Shown here in pieces: positions 8,272 through 10,124 of a stretch of 10,124 bases of DNA. The stretch spans positions 1 to 10,124 of the forward strand of contig JBJCIZ010001450.1 of assembly GCA_051294375.1 (NCBI GenBank). Reading direction: 5' to 3'. Source of the DNA: Paraspadella gotoi. Taxonomy: Eukaryota; Animalia; Chaetognatha. The notes under the pieces are model-generated. The model was given only the letters and a program-made list of their open reading frames with translations. It had not been told where the DNA came from and did no database searches. Numbering within the stretch: the first letter of the stretch is position 1; every line of letters starts with the position of its first letter. A program made the position numbers and the translations under genes.

Positions 8272-9042
8272 TTTTTCTTTCTAGTCAGATCTGCTTATTA
8301 GCAGATTCCGACTCTTTTATTCACTCTGTCGATCCGTCTGTCCAAAAAATGATGTACGTCTGTCCGTCAGTCCGTCCGTCCATCCATCCATCCCCCCTTA
8401 GCATTAAACTCCAATTACTTGTGAATGGATGGATTGAAGTGAAATTTTGTGTGTAGGAAAGTGTGTGATTGAGCTGGATATAAGTTTTGATGGAATCGTG
8501 CTAGTGGAAATGAGTTCAAATGGAAAAAACAAAAGTCATATTTACTTAAAGCATTTTTACTCATAATTATTTATTTATTAAAAGTTTAGATAGATTTTTT
8601 GTGTGGGTAGGAAACTATGTGATTAAGCTGGATATAAGTTTTTGATGGAATCGTCGGAGTGAAAAACAGTTTAAAACAGAAAACCAAAAGACACATTTAT
8701 GTCAATTTTTAAAAGTTTCTCTCTATCTCTCTCTGATTGATTGAATGATTAATTGATTGATTGATTTTTTTATTGATTGACCAAATTATGCCAATTGACC
8801 AAATTATACCGGTTGACCAAATTTTGTAATTGAGCAAATTATTTCAGTTGACCAAATAATGCCAGTTGACCAAATTACAACAATTGACCAAATTATGCAA
8901 GTGGACCAAATTATTCAATATACAAGTTGAAAAAATTATGCCGGTTGACCAAATTATGCCAGTTGACAAAATTAATGCCTGTTGACCAAATTATGCCAGT
9001 TGACCATATTATGTCAGTTAACCATATTATGTCAGTTGACTA
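8272..9042 (+). mobile_element. Copy D of the HINE/Helentron-like modular repeat (best preserved; runs into the assembly gap)
   Basis: T-rich start, hairpin AGTC-AG-ATCTGCT-TATT-AGCAGAT-TCC-GACT (8283-8313), GTCC/ATCC tract (~8327-8392), two long units (GCTGGATATAAG at 8473 and 8627, period 154), (CT)n, (TTGA)n (~8735-8780) and the 18-bp array. Confidence 0.85.
8777..9042 (+). repeat. 18-bp tandem minisatellite, consensus GTTGACCAAATTATGCCA, about 14-15 units, truncated by the N gap
   Basis: Head-to-tail units with no spacers are read directly. Confidence 0.95.
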
Positions 9043-9052
9043 NNNNNNNNNN
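9043..9052. other. Assembly gap (10 N)
   Basis: Run of N. The true length is unknown, so adjacency across it is uncertain. Confidence 1.
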
Positions 9053-9250
9053 CAATATTGTGGGGCAGGGACGGCCGGATTACTCATCGACACAAAATCG
9101 TCAACATCGTTTTTTTGACGAGTAAAGATATTTTTTGTTTCCTTTTGCGTGACGTTTTTATGGCTGAATCGATGTCATCCCTATTTGACGAAGTCTTTAG
9201 CGATAAAATATCTCGTGTCGAATGTTATTACTTCTCAGCCTTATGATTTA

Positions 9251-9253
<3 letters not shown>

Positions 9254-9340
<87 letters not shown>
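9254..9340. repeat. Perfect (TAT)29 microsatellite
   Basis: Uninterrupted 87-bp trinucleotide run. Confidence 0.98.
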
Positions 9341-9634
9341 CATTTCAGATGGAATCAGAACCAAGAATTGAATCGGATCCGCGATTCGGGTCAAATCTAC
9401 CAAGGACTCTCTGATTGGATGAATCATCGTCGGGAATCAACCAATGAGAAGACGGGCTTCATGCCATCGGGAAACCGAGCCCATGTCGTTGATCCGATTG
9501 TTCACTATAAATAGCTGACCATTTCTGTACTGATTCATTCTGTCTCAAGTTCTGACACCGTCTTGCTCTTGTTCATATTGTAAATAAATTCCACTTTGGT
9601 TTCATGCTGAAATCTCTGTCTACTTACTTAAATG
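9341..9634 (+). mobile_element. Probable 5' LTR of an LTR retrotransposon (left boundary uncertain)
   Basis: U3-R-U5-like order: ATTGG 9414-9418, CCAAT 9441-9445, TATAAATA 9506-9513, Inr-like TCATTC 9535-9540 about 30 nt downstream, AATAAA 9583-9588, then a PBS immediately after. Canonical TG...CA ends are not clearly seen. Confidence 0.65.
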
Positions 9635-9649
9635 TGGTGACAGGAGTGG
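9635..9649 (+). promoter_or_regulatory. Primer-binding site complementary to the tRNA-Leu 3' end
   Basis: TGGTGACAGGAGTGG matches 14/15 to TGGTGTCAGGAGTGG, the reverse complement of the tRNA-Leu(CAG)-type 3' end ...CCACTCCTGACACCA as I recall it. Confidence 0.7.
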
Positions 9650-9720
9650 ACTCGACTAACCACTACTCCGGAAACAAGAGAGAAGCCTTAACCACCGCAA
9701 CCACGCAACACCTTAAGAAG

Positions 9721-9981
9721 ATGGACTTCGCCGTCAGAATGAAGACGGCTCCGGCAGCCCCAGCAGCTCCAGCAGCTCCAGCGGCGCCCAGCAGCTCAAC
9801 GGAGAGCGAAGACGGTAGCATTGAGCGGGAACTAGACTTTCACACGTTCGAAGTCTCAGGAGCCCTGCGTCAACAATGCCTAGAGGAGACCAAGCAGGCC
9901 GAAAGCATACGCCAAATCCTCAAAAAACACTTAATAAAACACCTTAAAAGCAACGTAAAAACGTTCGACGTCGCGGATTAA
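9721..9981 (+). CDS. Short ORF, probably a truncated gag N-terminus (MDFAVRMKTAPAAPAAPAAPAAPSSS...)
   Basis: First ATG after the PBS, in frame with ORF 9604-9981. It is GC-rich to about 9920, then composition changes abruptly. It contains a 9-bp repeat encoding (PAA)4. The gag call is positional only; I recognise no gag motif. Confidence 0.4.
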   Translation: MDFAVRMKTAPAAPAAPAAPAAPSSSTESEDGSIERELDFHTFEVSGALRQQCLEETKQAESIRQILKKHLIKHLKSNVKTFDVAD

Positions 9982-10124
9982 CGAGGCAACTGCCTCTGAC
10001 TTTTCCTCAATTTCAAATGTTAAAAATAAGCCAGATATTCGCTTTTTTCTTTGTATTAATCGTCGTCGTCATCGCGATGTTCCATCGCGAATCGGGAAAC
10101 TTGGGACTCGGATGTCGAAATCTT

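Noticed and set aside
8777-9042. CRISPR array
   Set aside because: The 18-bp units are contiguous with no unique spacers, there are no cas genes, and the context looks eukaryotic.
9149-9514. 121-aa poly-Tyr ORF
   Set aside because: It is a translation of the (TAT)29 microsatellite plus LTR-like sequence.
9604-9720. N-terminal extension of the 125-aa ORF from ATG 9604
   Set aside because: It overlaps the putative U5 and PBS; ATG 9721 is the more plausible start.

Overview
This is AT-rich, repeat-dense DNA that looks eukaryotic (probably invertebrate). It contains one 10-N scaffold gap (9043-9052) and no intact protein-coding gene I can support. Most of the window is one modular non-autonomous repeat family with Helentron/HINE (DINE-1-like) architecture: a T-rich end with a terminal hairpin, a (GTCC)n microsatellite, 2-3 tandem ~150-240 bp units, (TTGA)n and an 18-bp minisatellite (GTTGACCAAATTATGCCA). 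There are three long copies (~1770-3010 +, ~5683-6759 -, ~8272-9042 +) plus partial copies. A degenerate inverted duplication is centred near 4270-4280. Also present: a GC-rich block (1-~1700) with scattered non-LTR reverse-transcriptase-like motifs, a tRNA-Leu-like SINE (8027-8251, -), a second tRNA-like A/B-box remnant, (TAT)29, and the probable 5' end of an LTR retrotransposon (CCAAT/TATA/Inr/AATAAA, tRNA-Leu primer-binding site, short gag-like ORF). The left ~5 kb is very indel-rich, which could reflect old decay or unpolished long-read sequence. All alignments were made by eye. I see no clear evidence of a novel enzymatic system; the interest is in the repeat architecture.
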